The translations under genes were made by a program, and so were the position numbers. DNA of 64,000 nt from Niabella sp. GTDB taxonomy: Bacteria > Bacteroidota > Bacteroidia > Chitinophagales > Chitinophagaceae. How positions within the stretch are numbered: position 1 is the stretch's first letter; each line of letters opens with the position of its first letter. The notes below the pieces were generated by a model. The model saw only the letters and a program-made list of their open reading frames with translations. It was not told the DNA's origin and did no database searches. Location of the stretch: the NCBI GenBank assembly GCA_017744795.1, contig JAGIAQ010000001.1:15403-79402 (forward strand), given 5' to 3'. Positions 30,501 through 40,633 of the stretch are shown here, piece after piece.

Positions 30501-32615
30501 TTATTCTGAATTTTTTGTTGCTATTGCGTTAAATGCCGCTATTCTTTCCTGAGGTAACTGGCTTAATTTCTTCCATTGCGTATTGCCATAAACACCAGCT
30601 TCAGGATAAGAAACTATTTTAAAACCAATCTTCTTTGCTGCATTCAAATTTTTAAATTTATAATCATCCGCCGCCGGGTTCTCAAATCCGGGATCGGCGA
30701 TGATCGAATGCAGGTCTTTACCCGTGGCTTTCCAAGCAGCAAAATTGTCCTTACCAAAAAGGAAATTTTCACCCTTAACATGCCAATAGCAATTACTGTC
30801 GGTTATGATCTTCACTTTGTTCCAATTGGATGCAAATAATTTCCCGGTTGTAAAATAAACAATGTTATGAGTAAATGTGAAAGATAAATGATCTTCGACA
30901 CGCGTTGCCTGCAATTGCTGTTCCAGATTGTCGGCAAAAATATTATTGGTAATTACATTATCTGCTCCATAATGCTGGTGAAATCCGCCGCTCTTGCAGC
31001 GATACACCAAATTGTTTTTCATAACAATACCCGATGTGCCTTCGTCGCAGTATAAGCCCCAGCCGCCATAATCATAGGTGTATACATCATGGATTCGGTT
31101 ATTGCTCACGATGGTTCCTTTTGAATTCCCCAGGGTATATACACCGGCCATATCACTCAATGCGCCCCAGCCTAAATGATGTATGTGATTATACAAGATT
31201 TTATTGTTGATGCTGGGACTGAAGGTGTAGCCCCAGACCCAGCCAACAGAAATGCCTGTGTATACAAAGTCTGATATTTCATTATGGCTGATGGTATTAG
31301 CCGGGCTATTAAAAACCAGTACACCCACAGCTTCAGGATAGACCAATCCACCATGTGTGATAATGTTGTTATCAACAGTAATATTGTGCGTGAGGTCAGT
31401 GTTGTCTTTTTGCAGATCCGGTTCACCGATCTTTATTCCACCGGCACCCAGATCGTGAAGATAGCAATGAACAATATGACAGTCTTCACAATTCTTTCTC
31501 AGCCAAAACGCATATTGGCCTGTTTGGGCAATAGTGCAATTATAGAAAGAAACATTCTTTGCAAAATCTAATGTTACCACTGCCTCAATTCCTGAAGCGG
31601 CTTGTTTCGGATAATAACCCTTCAACAAATTATCAGAAGCTGAAACGGCAAATGCTAAATTTTTAAAATAAATGTGCCCGATTTTATGCGCGTCATCATC
31701 CCCTTTCGCGATAATAAACTGTTTAATCGTGGGGAGATAAAAATTTGTATTGTCGGGTGTTTCACCAATAGCCGGTTGATAACTTAAAATGCCCTTGTTA
31801 TCCAGATCCCATTCGTTGGCTGTGTCCAATACGGCATTATTAAAAGCAAAGAAAAATCGTGTCTTTTTGTCGAATGAATTATAATCAGGAAGCGTTCGGG
31901 ATTCAATTACAAAACTTTTGTAATCGTCGTTAATTTTAATAATGGGAGCAATGAGGGTGTTCCATTTCAGAAAAAAATACACCGATGCATTCTTCTGGAG
32001 CGCATTAGATAATTGTTTTAAAATAGCGTTTCCTGCTGCATCCGGATAAATAGTATATTCAGCTTTTGTTTTAGAGCTATCCAGATAAGTGGTTTCAATT
32101 TTTTCAATATTAAGCAGGTCTTTATTCGGCGCTCTTGCTGGTGTGGCAGCACGGTTGTTGACATATAATTGATCAAAATGCATATCTCCTCCAACCTGAG
32201 ACTGTATACTAGCCTGCCACAAATGATCATTGACTTTTTGAAAACCCTTTAATTGCACCCCGCCATAAAAGACCGGGTGGGCATTTTTTGCCGCCATGAA
32301 AATAACAGGTGCATCTGCCGTTCCGCCATCTTCCGTTGATAATAGTAACGGCTCCGTCATAAAATATTTTCCATCGCCAATGACAACGTAAATTGTTTCA
32401 TTGATAGTACGTTGTCTTCTCAAGGTTCTTATTTTGTTTCGTGCGCCTGTTAAAGTCAGCAAGGGAGCGGTTATCGTTCCGTTATTGTTATCGTTGCCGT
32501 TTGGAGACAAGTAAATTTCGTATGCGTATATATTGCTGCAAGAAAAAAGCAGGAAACAGAATAACAATAAATATTTCATTGGAGCCATCATTGTTTTTAA
32601 AAATATTCGTGACAT
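30501..32615 (-). CDS. Right-handed beta-helix glycoside hydrolase, GH141-like
   Basis: YLSPNGNDNNNGT...P..TL; QLYVN; YTGISVGWVWG, LSDMAGVYTLG and GWGLYCDEG motifs. True start may be ATG 32579. Confidence 0.75.
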   Translation of the reverse strand: MSRIFLKTMMAPMKYLLLFCFLLFSCSNIYAYEIYLSPNGNDNNNGTITAPLLTLTGARNKIRTLRRQRTINETIYVVIGDGKYFMTEPLLLSTEDGGTADAPVIFMAAKNAHPVFYGGVQLKGFQKVNDHLWQASIQSQVGGDMHFDQLYVNNRAATPARAPNKDLLNIEKIETTYLDSSKTKAEYTIYPDAAGNAILKQLSNALQKNASVYFFLKWNTLIAPIIKINDDYKSFVIESRTLPDYNSFDKKTRFFFAFNNAVLDTANEWDLDNKGILSYQPAIGETPDNTNFYLPTIKQFIIAKGDDDAHKIGHIYFKNLAFAVSASDNLLKGYYPKQAASGIEAVVTLDFAKNVSFYNCTIAQTGQYAFWLRKNCEDCHIVHCYLHDLGAGGIKIGEPDLQKDNTDLTHNITVDNNIITHGGLVYPEAVGVLVFNSPANTISHNEISDFVYTGISVGWVWGYTFSPSINNKILYNHIHHLGWGALSDMAGVYTLGNSKGTIVSNNRIHDVYTYDYGGWGLYCDEGTSGIVMKNNLVYRCKSGGFHQHYGADNVITNNIFADNLEQQLQATRVEDHLSFTFTHNIVYFTTGKLFASNWNKVKIITDSNCYWHVKGENFLFGKDNFAAWKATGKDLHSIIADPGFENPAADDYKFKNLNAAKKIGFKIVSYPEAGVYGNTQWKKLSQLPQERIAAFNAIATKNSE

Positions 32616-32643
32616 AAGAACCGTTATGCAAATATAAATATGA

Positions 32644-35600
32644 CTAAGAAAGATGTAACCGTGCCCCCCAGTGCGCCGGATCCATTTCCAGCACTTTGGA
32701 TAAATGTATTTGGGCTTCTGCTGTTTTCCCCAATCCTTTGTAGCCCAGCCCTATCAGGTAATGGCAATGGATTTTATTCCGTATATCCAGATCATCATCA
32801 AAGATCATCAGGTCCGGCAGGGATACTGCAAAGAAATCAATCCGGATGTGATCCTGTTCATGTTCTTTTCCATAATGAATCAATTTTTCGAAGCGCTCAT
32901 TTGCCTCGGCTGTTCTTTCCAGCTTTAATAAAGCCAACGCCTGGTAAAAGATCTTGTCCGGTTGCTGATCATTATAATAGATGGCCGGCGCCGGTTCACT
33001 AAGACCAACAGCCGCTTTCTCCCATGCTTCCCGGGCGCTGTTATCATTTCCTTTTGCCTGATATGCACACCCGAGCCAATAAAAAATATCATTCTCCTGT
33101 GCGCCAAAGATCTTTCCCTCACCCAGGTTGTAGGGGTAGTGTTGCGCCGCGGTTAATAGTTCGATGGCCTGATCAGGATTGTTTTGTGACAACTGATGTT
33201 TGGCTTGTTCTATAAGCACCTGCACATATTGAAAAGACGTTTTGCCCTCTCCGCCCTCCCAGGGATGAAAATTGCGTTGCATTAATAATTCGTATGCCGT
33301 ATCAAACTGGCCAGTGAGACTGTGCAGACCAACATATTCAATATAGAGATCGTCACGCTCTTCAACAAGTTGTTTAAACGAATCCAGGAAAAACAATCGC
33401 TCCTGCGGACTTGTTTTAAATCGCTTTTGCAGCTGGTCCAGTTCAAACAGTACCCTGGAATCGGTTTTATCCGCTTCAAAAGCTTTTTTATATAATTGAA
33501 GTGCCGCTTCTTTTTTATCAAACTTGTTATAGTACGCAATGCCCAGGTTCCTTAATGCCGTGGGAAATTGATTATTGATGGCAACGGATTGTTCCCAGGC
33601 TTCCCTTGCGGGTTCATACAAACGCTTTGCGTAATAATAGTTGCCCAGGTAATACCATGCTTTGTAGTCAGACGGGTTGTGTGCAATTGCAGACCGAAGG
33701 ACCCCGATATCTTCCATCCGGTTGGGAAATACACGATCCGGATTGCCATCAAAAGCTTTGGCAAACCAACGCGCCGCCTCTCTTACCTTCCCGGCTTGTA
33801 TTGAGAAATATCCCAGGTAATACAAATGCATCGGACTAGTTGGCTGATCGTGCAATTGCAGCAACGTAATAGCATCCGCATATAGTCCGGCGTCGGCATA
33901 TTGCGTAGCTATTTCGATATAGGTGTAATCACAGCCCCGCATTAAGTCTTTCAGTCTGCTTTGCAATACATCGCTTTTTGTATTGTCTCCCTGCATCGCC
34001 AGGCAAAGACTTAACTCAAACTGACTTGCGAAATCAAACCCGTCAATAGCAATTGTTTCTTCGCAAAGTTTAATGGCTTCGTTTAACCGGCCCGTTTTTC
34101 GCAGCGCTATTGTTTTTAAATGGCGGGCTTTTAAACCGTGATAGTTTCGTAAGATTGATTTTTCAGCCAACTCATGTACGTCCTGCCAACGATTTTGCAA
34201 CGCGGCAATATAGCCCAGTTGTAAGTAGGCCACATCCTGCATTCCAGCGTTCCAGGTACTTTTAAATAGCAGGTCATAAGCTTCGTTGTATTGCTGTTGA
34301 TATTTCAGGCAAAGCCCCAGGTTATACAACGGCTCTCCGTCATAAGGGTTGGGATTGTGTTTCTTTGATTTCTCAACCGCTGCCCGTAAAAAAGGTTCAG
34401 CAACCCCGAAGGCCCCGCGCCGCAGGTACCAAAGCCCTTTGGCATTGTTGCATCGTATATCGGTGGCATCCCTGCGCAGCGCTTCATTGTAATAATCGAG
34501 CGGAGAGTAGGTAGCATGCCGGTATTGCTCCAGGTGTTGGCCTGCCAGGAAGAGCTCTTCAATGGTTGTAATATCGGCTGGCAGTGGAATGGGAGCCGCG
34601 GGGTCGGGCAATGCAGTGCCCTGGCGGTTAACCGGTGTGTAGTCTACCAATACGTTTCCGGTTGCATCTTTTACCGTTACGTATAATTTTTTATCCGGAG
34701 TTGCTGCAGTATACGCCAGTTCTTTTTCGTAGCTGATCAGTGGAGATAATTCAACCTGCTCCTGTAATAATATATGGGCGTCCTCCTGCAGTTGTATGGT
34801 TACTTTCCGTTTCTGCGTGATATATACTTTTAATAAAAGTTTATCTGCTACGGTTTCCAGGTTCACCATTGCATCGATAGAAGCATTTTTTACATACCCG
34901 ATGTTTTTATAGGGCATAAAATATTGTTTGAACTCGCGCGCTTCATTGGGCATGATCCATCCAAAATCCGGCTGGTTATCGGTGTATACACCGCACATCA
35001 ACTCAAAATAAGGCCCGTCTTCATCTGTAAGCTGGCGGTCCCAGGCCTTGCCAAAATCGCCGCAACCCCAGGTCCATTGCTTCTTTCCGGGGCTTACATG
35101 ATGATTGGCAATATGCATAATCCCCGCTTTTTTCTGATGATGATAGCCGCCTACAAAATCAAAAGCACTGTTTACCGCCATATAAGATGTTGGTACCGGA
35201 ATGTTGGTATAAACAGAAATGTCTGTGCCTGGTGAATAATCTACTTTGTAATAGGTGCCGGTGGCAATAGGAAAGGCGCTTACATCTCTTTTGCCGTGAT
35301 CAAATACGGCGTGCACATCCGGCGGGAACACACTTTGGTAGTGTTCATCCACACTCACAGCGGGGTTGGCCCACCACAGGAAGGTTTGAGGAAAAGGGCT
35401 CCGGTTGTATAGTTTAGCATGTAATTCAATATAGGCTTTGTCAGGATACAGTGTAAATCCAAGGGCACACTTGGTGCCAAACATCATTTCGTATTCGTTT
35501 ACCCAAACCGTTTTACTGCCATCTTTATTTTCCACGATCATATAATCAGTAGGGCCAAAAGTATTAGGCCGGTGGTGTTGTGGCCAGTTAAATTCGATAC

Positions 35601-35937
35601 CGCCGCTGATCCAGGGACCGGCTAACCCTACAAGGGCTGGTTTGATCACCCGGTTATGATATACAAAATGATAATCGTTAGTTTTGTCGTAAGCCATTTG
35701 TATGCGGCCGCCTAACTCGGGAAGGATCATCACCTTTAAATAATCGTTCTCCAGGAAAAGCGCCGTCCATTCCCTCTCTTCTTTTTCATCAAACACTTTA
35801 TCGATCACCGGATACGGATACACCACACCGCTGCTGCCCTGGTACACCCGCTTCTCCAGGAACATCGGGTTTTTGTCAGGCGCACCTGTTTTGTAGGTAG
35901 GAATGATTATTTTTTCTTTCCAGATCTTTACTTCCAT
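32644..35937 (-). CDS. DUF5107 domain + TPR repeat protein (YphG-like), no signal peptide
   Basis: LENDYLKVMILPELGGRI, WISGGIEFNWPQHHRP, FLWWANPAV and GKKQWTWG motifs; C-terminal TPR-like helices. Start refined to ATG 35937. Confidence 0.88.
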   Translation of the reverse strand: MEVKIWKEKIIIPTYKTGAPDKNPMFLEKRVYQGSSGVVYPYPVIDKVFDEKEEREWTALFLENDYLKVMILPELGGRIQMAYDKTNDYHFVYHNRVIKPALVGLAGPWISGGIEFNWPQHHRPNTFGPTDYMIVENKDGSKTVWVNEYEMMFGTKCALGFTLYPDKAYIELHAKLYNRSPFPQTFLWWANPAVSVDEHYQSVFPPDVHAVFDHGKRDVSAFPIATGTYYKVDYSPGTDISVYTNIPVPTSYMAVNSAFDFVGGYHHQKKAGIMHIANHHVSPGKKQWTWGCGDFGKAWDRQLTDEDGPYFELMCGVYTDNQPDFGWIMPNEAREFKQYFMPYKNIGYVKNASIDAMVNLETVADKLLLKVYITQKRKVTIQLQEDAHILLQEQVELSPLISYEKELAYTAATPDKKLYVTVKDATGNVLVDYTPVNRQGTALPDPAAPIPLPADITTIEELFLAGQHLEQYRHATYSPLDYYNEALRRDATDIRCNNAKGLWYLRRGAFGVAEPFLRAAVEKSKKHNPNPYDGEPLYNLGLCLKYQQQYNEAYDLLFKSTWNAGMQDVAYLQLGYIAALQNRWQDVHELAEKSILRNYHGLKARHLKTIALRKTGRLNEAIKLCEETIAIDGFDFASQFELSLCLAMQGDNTKSDVLQSRLKDLMRGCDYTYIEIATQYADAGLYADAITLLQLHDQPTSPMHLYYLGYFSIQAGKVREAARWFAKAFDGNPDRVFPNRMEDIGVLRSAIAHNPSDYKAWYYLGNYYYAKRLYEPAREAWEQSVAINNQFPTALRNLGIAYYNKFDKKEAALQLYKKAFEADKTDSRVLFELDQLQKRFKTSPQERLFFLDSFKQLVEERDDLYIEYVGLHSLTGQFDTAYELLMQRNFHPWEGGEGKTSFQYVQVLIEQAKHQLSQNNPDQAIELLTAAQHYPYNLGEGKIFGAQENDIFYWLGCAYQAKGNDNSAREAWEKAAVGLSEPAPAIYYNDQQPDKIFYQALALLKLERTAEANERFEKLIHYGKEHEQDHIRIDFFAVSLPDLMIFDDDLDIRNKIHCHYLIGLGYKGLGKTAEAQIHLSKVLEMDPAHWGARLHLS

Positions 35938-35996
35938 AACGATTTTATTAAGTGCATTCTGATACCTATTGACCATTCTCTATTCACCATTGACGG

Positions 35997-37334
35997 TTAG
36001 TGCCCAAGGAATATATCATCCATTTCTTCCAGAGATTTGCCTTTGGTTTCTATAACCTTATTTTTTACGAAAAGAAACCCAAGCACACATATCCCTGCAT
36101 ACATATAAAAAGGGGTGTAGGTGCCCAGGTGTTTCGCCAGTACCGGGAAACTGAAGGTGAGCAATGCATAAGAAAGCCAGAGCGCGATGATCGCCACAGC
36201 GGTAGCCATTCCGCGCACTTTATTAGGAAATATTTCAGAGATCAATACCCATGTTACCGGGGCCAGTGTCATGGCATATACGCCGATAGCAGCCAGTAAG
36301 GACCAGGATGCCGAAGGCGAATGCTTCTGTAGTAACACCGCGCTTATAATATAGAGAAGGGTTAGCCCTGCTGCGCCAAAAAGCATCAGCGGTTTCCTGC
36401 CCAGCTTGTCTACCTGCCACATTGCTACCAGCGTGCATATTAAATTTATCAAACCAATAAAGACCATTTGCTTTAGCTGGTCGTCCTGGCTGAATCCTAT
36501 ACTTTCAAAAATGTTGGCCGTATAGTTAAACACCACATTAATGCCGCAGAGCTGCTGAAATACGGCAAGCCCAATGCCCACAATAACGGCCGGCAATACG
36601 CTTTTGTCGCGCAGTGCTGCCCGGCTGAATTTCCGGTCTTCCGGCGCTGTTGTTTGGATGGATGCAATCGTTACGGCAGCATATGCAGGGCCTCCGATTT
36701 TTGTCAGCACGGCAGTTGCCCTGTCGCTCTTTTTGTTTTTCATCAGCCAGCGCGGACTTTCAGGCAGCCACAGTACGCCGGCAAGGAAAAGAAAGGAGGG
36801 TGCCGCCCCCAAACCCACCATCCAGCGCCAGGCATCCACACCATGGTCTCTCAAACTATAATTAACAAGATTGGTAATAAAAATACCTGTTACAATCGTC
36901 ATTTGATTGATGGCCACCATCCGGCCGCGCATGTGTGAAGGGGCTACTTCCGCGATGTACATAGGCGATAAAACCGAAGCCATTCCTACGCCAATCCCTG
37001 CAAAGAACCGTGCTATAATAAAATGCGTGCTGCTGTTGCTTACAGCCATTGCCAGTGAAGACACCAGGAAAACGGCCGCCGCTAACAGCAACCCTTTTTT
37101 TCTGCCAAACCGGTCAGAAAAATAACCGGCAATCATACAACCCACAATACAGCCTAAAGCCAGTGTGGCTGTGGTTAATCCTTCCTGCGCTTCACTAAAA
37201 TGAAATTGTTCTTTCAGAAAAGGAAGCGCACCGGCAATAACAGCAAAATCAAACCCAAAGAGATAGCCTCCCAGGGCCGATATGAATGAGATACCTGTAA
37301 TATACCCCGGATTGAACTTAAATTGACTATTCAT
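35997..37334 (-). CDS. Sugar porter family MFS transporter
   Basis: GYLFGFD, DRFGRK, PMYIAEVAP, PESPRWL, QQLCGIN and ETKGKSLEE motifs. Start refined to ATG 37334. Confidence 0.96.
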   Translation of the reverse strand: MNSQFKFNPGYITGISFISALGGYLFGFDFAVIAGALPFLKEQFHFSEAQEGLTTATLALGCIVGCMIAGYFSDRFGRKKGLLLAAAVFLVSSLAMAVSNSSTHFIIARFFAGIGVGMASVLSPMYIAEVAPSHMRGRMVAINQMTIVTGIFITNLVNYSLRDHGVDAWRWMVGLGAAPSFLFLAGVLWLPESPRWLMKNKKSDRATAVLTKIGGPAYAAVTIASIQTTAPEDRKFSRAALRDKSVLPAVIVGIGLAVFQQLCGINVVFNYTANIFESIGFSQDDQLKQMVFIGLINLICTLVAMWQVDKLGRKPLMLFGAAGLTLLYIISAVLLQKHSPSASWSLLAAIGVYAMTLAPVTWVLISEIFPNKVRGMATAVAIIALWLSYALLTFSFPVLAKHLGTYTPFYMYAGICVLGFLFVKNKVIETKGKSLEEMDDIFLGH

Positions 37335-37356
37335 AGACGATGCAATGTTGAAAGAA

Positions 37357-37412
37357 CAAAGATGATGGTAAAACTTAAACAAGGAATGGATCGAACGACT
37401 AAAAACATGGAT
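37357..37412 (-). promoter_or_regulatory. Candidate AraC-type tandem operator plus promoter of the sugar porter operon
   Basis: ATGGAT at 37386 and 37407 and ATGGTA at 37365 (exact 21-bp phasing); CATCTTTG -7-like element on the minus strand at 37357-37364. Confidence 0.5.
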
Positions 37413-37477
37413 TTTATGATGGCAGGAATATTTCACCGAAATGCTTTCGTGAAAAAAACCGAACTTTCGCGTTGAAA

Positions 37478-37485
37478 TAACTTTG
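37478..37485 (+). promoter_or_regulatory. -7 promoter element for GH36
   Basis: TAACTTTG about 25 nt upstream of ATG 37511. Confidence 0.65.
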
Positions 37486-37510
37486 CCTCCTTTTTAAATA
37501 AACAGCTATC

Positions 37511-39718
37511 ATGAATTCTTTTAAACTGCTTTTGCTTGCTCTGATCTGCAGCATCGCCAGTCATCCGGCAACGCAGGCCCAAACAACCACCATCCCTATC
37601 GAAACAAAAAATGTGGCTATTGTGCTGCAGACGGACAAGAGTAATCATCTTAAAATCGTTCATACGGGCAAGGCATTAGCGGCCGCCGCTGATTATGAAA
37701 CAGCAGCGGCGGCGCATCGGCTGGCAACGCAGGGGGCAACGCTCAACAATGCTTCTTATTCAGCTGCCGGCACCAGCAATATTTTTGTAGAGCCGGCCAT
37801 CGCCGTGGTACATGCGGATGGCAATAATTCACTGGACCTGGTTTATGAAAAAAAAAGCATCACGAATACGCCCGAAGGCGCCACGCTTACAGTGGTTACA
37901 TTGAAGGACGCCGTATATCCTTTTTATGTAGACCTGTTCTTTAAAGCCTGGAAAAATGAAGATGTTATTGAGCAATGGGCAACGATCCGGCATACTGAAA
38001 AAGGGAACGTAACGCTGAACAAATATGCTTCTGCCAATTTGTACCTGTTTAACAACCGGTTTTATTTAACCAGCTACAATGCCAATTGGGCAAAGGAAAT
38101 GCAACCGGAGGTAACGGAATTAAAACAAGGCATCCATACCATCGAATCCCGGTTGGGCACCCGGGAAAACCTGATCGGCACTCAGAACTTTATGCTGGCA
38201 ATGGACCACCCGGCAACCGAAACAACCGGTACGGTGTTAATGGGACAACTGGCCTGGAACGGCAATTATTCCATTCAACTGGAAACCGATACGTATAAAA
38301 AAATGCATATAGTGGCGGGTATCAATCCCTGGCAGTCGGCCTACCAGCTGAAGCCGGGCACGGCTTTTGAAACGCCAAAATTCGTTTACACAATATCTTT
38401 CAGCGGCACCGGAACGGGAAGCCGTAACCTGCAAAACTGGCTTCGGAACTACCAGCTGCTGGATGGCAAAGGCGAGCGGCTCACCTTGCTGAATAACTGG
38501 GAAGCCACTTATTTCAATTTTGATCAGAACAAATTGGTTGGCCTTTTCCAGGGAGCAAAAGAACTGGGTGTAGATCTATTCCTTCTGGATGACGGATGGT
38601 TTGGTAATAAGTATCCCCGCAATAGCGATAATGCCGGTTTGGGCGACTGGCAGGAAAATAAGAAAAAGCTGCCGGACGGCATTCCTTACCTTGTAAATGA
38701 GGCGGGCAAGCAGGGAATAAAATTCGGCATCTGGATAGAACCGGAAATGGTGAATCCCAAAAGCGAATTGTACGAAAAGCACCTGGACTGGGTACTGCGC
38801 GAAGAACAGAGACCGGAGATCTATTTCCGCAACCAGATGGTGCTGGACCTCACCAACCCCGAGGTGCAGGACTTTGTTTTTGGCGTGGTAGATGGCCTGT
38901 TTAAGAAAAATCCGTCGTTAGCCTTTATAAAATGGGATTGTAATGCCCCCATCTTTAATGGCCATTCAAAATACCTTGAAAAGAACAAACTGCCTCAATC
39001 GCATTTGTATGTAGAATATACGCGCGGCCTGGAGAAAGTGCTGCAGCGCATCCGTGCAAAATATCCTGCCGTGCCCATGATGCTCTGTTCCGGTGGTGGC
39101 GGAAGAACGGATTATAGCTTACTGAAATACTTTACCGAGTTTTGGCTGAGTGATGATACCGATCCGCTGGAGCGGGTGTTTATTCAATGGAATTATTCTT
39201 ATTACTACCCCGCCATAGCAATGTGCAACCACGTTACCGAGTGGGGGAAACAACCGCTCAAATACAGGGTGGATGTGGCTTCCATGGGGAAACTGGGCTT
39301 CGATATAAAAGCCAACGAATTAAAACCGGAAGACAAAGCCTTCTGTCAGCAGGCGATCAAAAACTATGATGGCTTCAAGGATATCGTATGGCATGGCGAA
39401 ATGTACCGGCTGAAAAGCCCCTACGAAAGTGATATAGCTTCGTTCCTGTTTGTAAACAAAGAACAGACAAAAGCCGTTGCGTTCAACTACCTCACTAACT
39501 GGCGCTATATTGAGGAGGCATCGGTGGACCCGGTTAAATTCCAGGGCCTGGATCCGGCAAAAAAATATCGTGTAAAAGAATTGAATCTGTACGGCAGCCA
39601 AAAGCCAGGCTTTGATGAAGACAAGGTCTATAGCGGCGATTACTTAATGAATATCGGTTTTAATCCCAATGTAAACCTGCGTCGGTCCAGCGTGGTGCTG
39701 AGTGCGGAAGCATTGTAA
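37511..39718 (+). CDS. GH36 alpha-galactosidase
   Basis: Signal peptide; LNNWEATYF, FLLDDGWFG, FGIWIEPEMV, IKWDCN, CSGGGGR and WLSDDTD motifs. Confidence 0.95.
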   Translation: MNSFKLLLLALICSIASHPATQAQTTTIPIETKNVAIVLQTDKSNHLKIVHTGKALAAAADYETAAAAHRLATQGATLNNASYSAAGTSNIFVEPAIAVVHADGNNSLDLVYEKKSITNTPEGATLTVVTLKDAVYPFYVDLFFKAWKNEDVIEQWATIRHTEKGNVTLNKYASANLYLFNNRFYLTSYNANWAKEMQPEVTELKQGIHTIESRLGTRENLIGTQNFMLAMDHPATETTGTVLMGQLAWNGNYSIQLETDTYKKMHIVAGINPWQSAYQLKPGTAFETPKFVYTISFSGTGTGSRNLQNWLRNYQLLDGKGERLTLLNNWEATYFNFDQNKLVGLFQGAKELGVDLFLLDDGWFGNKYPRNSDNAGLGDWQENKKKLPDGIPYLVNEAGKQGIKFGIWIEPEMVNPKSELYEKHLDWVLREEQRPEIYFRNQMVLDLTNPEVQDFVFGVVDGLFKKNPSLAFIKWDCNAPIFNGHSKYLEKNKLPQSHLYVEYTRGLEKVLQRIRAKYPAVPMMLCSGGGGRTDYSLLKYFTEFWLSDDTDPLERVFIQWNYSYYYPAIAMCNHVTEWGKQPLKYRVDVASMGKLGFDIKANELKPEDKAFCQQAIKNYDGFKDIVWHGEMYRLKSPYESDIASFLFVNKEQTKAVAFNYLTNWRYIEEASVDPVKFQGLDPAKKYRVKELNLYGSQKPGFDEDKVYSGDYLMNIGFNPNVNLRRSSVVLSAEAL

Positions 39719-39719
39719 A

Positions 39720-40037
39720 TTAGTGAGGATTAGTTTTGGGTTTAATAAACTTCCATTTGGGGTTTCTTTTGTGATGGTAAACAGAAACAATGACTATGAT
39801 TTCTTTGGCTAAATCAAAATAATACACAAGACTGAATGGGTATTTCTTCAACGATATTTCCCGGAAATTTTTGTAGGTGTTCCGATAGCGCTCCGGGTAT
39901 GTACAGGCTAACAATATAGCTTGCTCCACTGCTGCCACAAAATTGTCTGCGACTTTTGAGCTTTTTTGCTCGTACCATTCAAATGCGTTTTCATATTCGC
40001 TGGCAGCAACAGGATTAAATATATGTTTTAGCGGCAT
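39720..40037 (-). CDS. ParE/RelE family type II toxin
   Basis: 105 aa; A..EY..A..WY.......F, KKYPFSLVY and IVSVYHHKRNP pattern; directly downstream of a small acidic gene. Confidence 0.85.
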   Translation of the reverse strand: MPLKHIFNPVAASEYENAFEWYEQKSSKVADNFVAAVEQAILLACTYPERYRNTYKNFREISLKKYPFSLVYYFDLAKEIIVIVSVYHHKRNPKWKFIKPKTNPH

Positions 40038-40041
40038 TAGG

Positions 40042-40281
40042 TTAACCTTTCTTCTTTCTTATTGCCTTCAGTCTTTTATTCATTTGGTTAGGTGTAACCA
40101 TTTTTTCTCCCTTCAGGTAATGATCCAGTCGTTTATCCAATTCAATCTTAAAATCGTCAGTGTACGTTACGACTGCCTCCTTAATCTCGTCTTCCACCAT
40201 AATATAGATGGCTTTTAGCTTTTTATCATCGGCAATTTCCAGGTAATTGTGTAATTCTTCTTTAATTGTCACTGTTTTCAT
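40042..40281 (-). CDS. Addiction-module antitoxin
   Basis: 79 aa; ELDKRLDHY..GE..VT pattern typical of addiction-module components; 4 nt upstream of the toxin. Confidence 0.75.
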   Translation of the reverse strand: MKTVTIKEELHNYLEIADDKKLKAIYIMVEDEIKEAVVTYTDDFKIELDKRLDHYLKGEKMVTPNQMNKRLKAIRKKKG

Positions 40282-40318
40282 GCTAAAAATTTTATTATAC
40301 CCAACGTATCAATTCTCT

Positions 40319-40326
40319 CAAAATTA
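40319..40326 (-). promoter_or_regulatory. -7 promoter element for the TA operon
   Basis: TAATTTTG on the minus strand, ~40 nt upstream of the antitoxin ATG. Confidence 0.5.
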
Positions 40327-40633
40327 CGTAAAAAAGCAACCTCTTTTTTGAAACAGGACGTTCGCGTGCGGGAAACTTATGTTGAATATGTAAAATTTAC
40401 GGCAACCTTTAACCCCACCGGTGTTTCAGTGACAAAAGCCCCAGCAAAAGCCAGAACTACAGAAAGATGGGTGTTGCTATAATGAAAATGCGCCTTACTG
40501 TATTGTCCACTTCTTCAATAGACTACCGTAAAAACACGATAAAAATCAGGTATTCTTGCTCCTGTTTCCGGCGGAGAACTTTATGAACTTTGTAGTGGCT
40601 TTAATTCCTTTAAATCATTGCAAAAACAATGTT

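Noticed and set aside
40283-40295. CTAA-N5-TTAT, a one-mismatch copy of the recA palindrome before the antitoxin
   Set aside because: Imperfect and in very AT-rich sequence, so a chance match is likely.
40360-40387. dif-like site: TTATGTTGAAT (10/11 match to the XerD arm) near the TA pair
   Set aside because: The XerC arm is poor, there is no partner site on the other side of the TA module, and roughly one such one-mismatch 11-mer is expected by chance in 64 kb on two strands.
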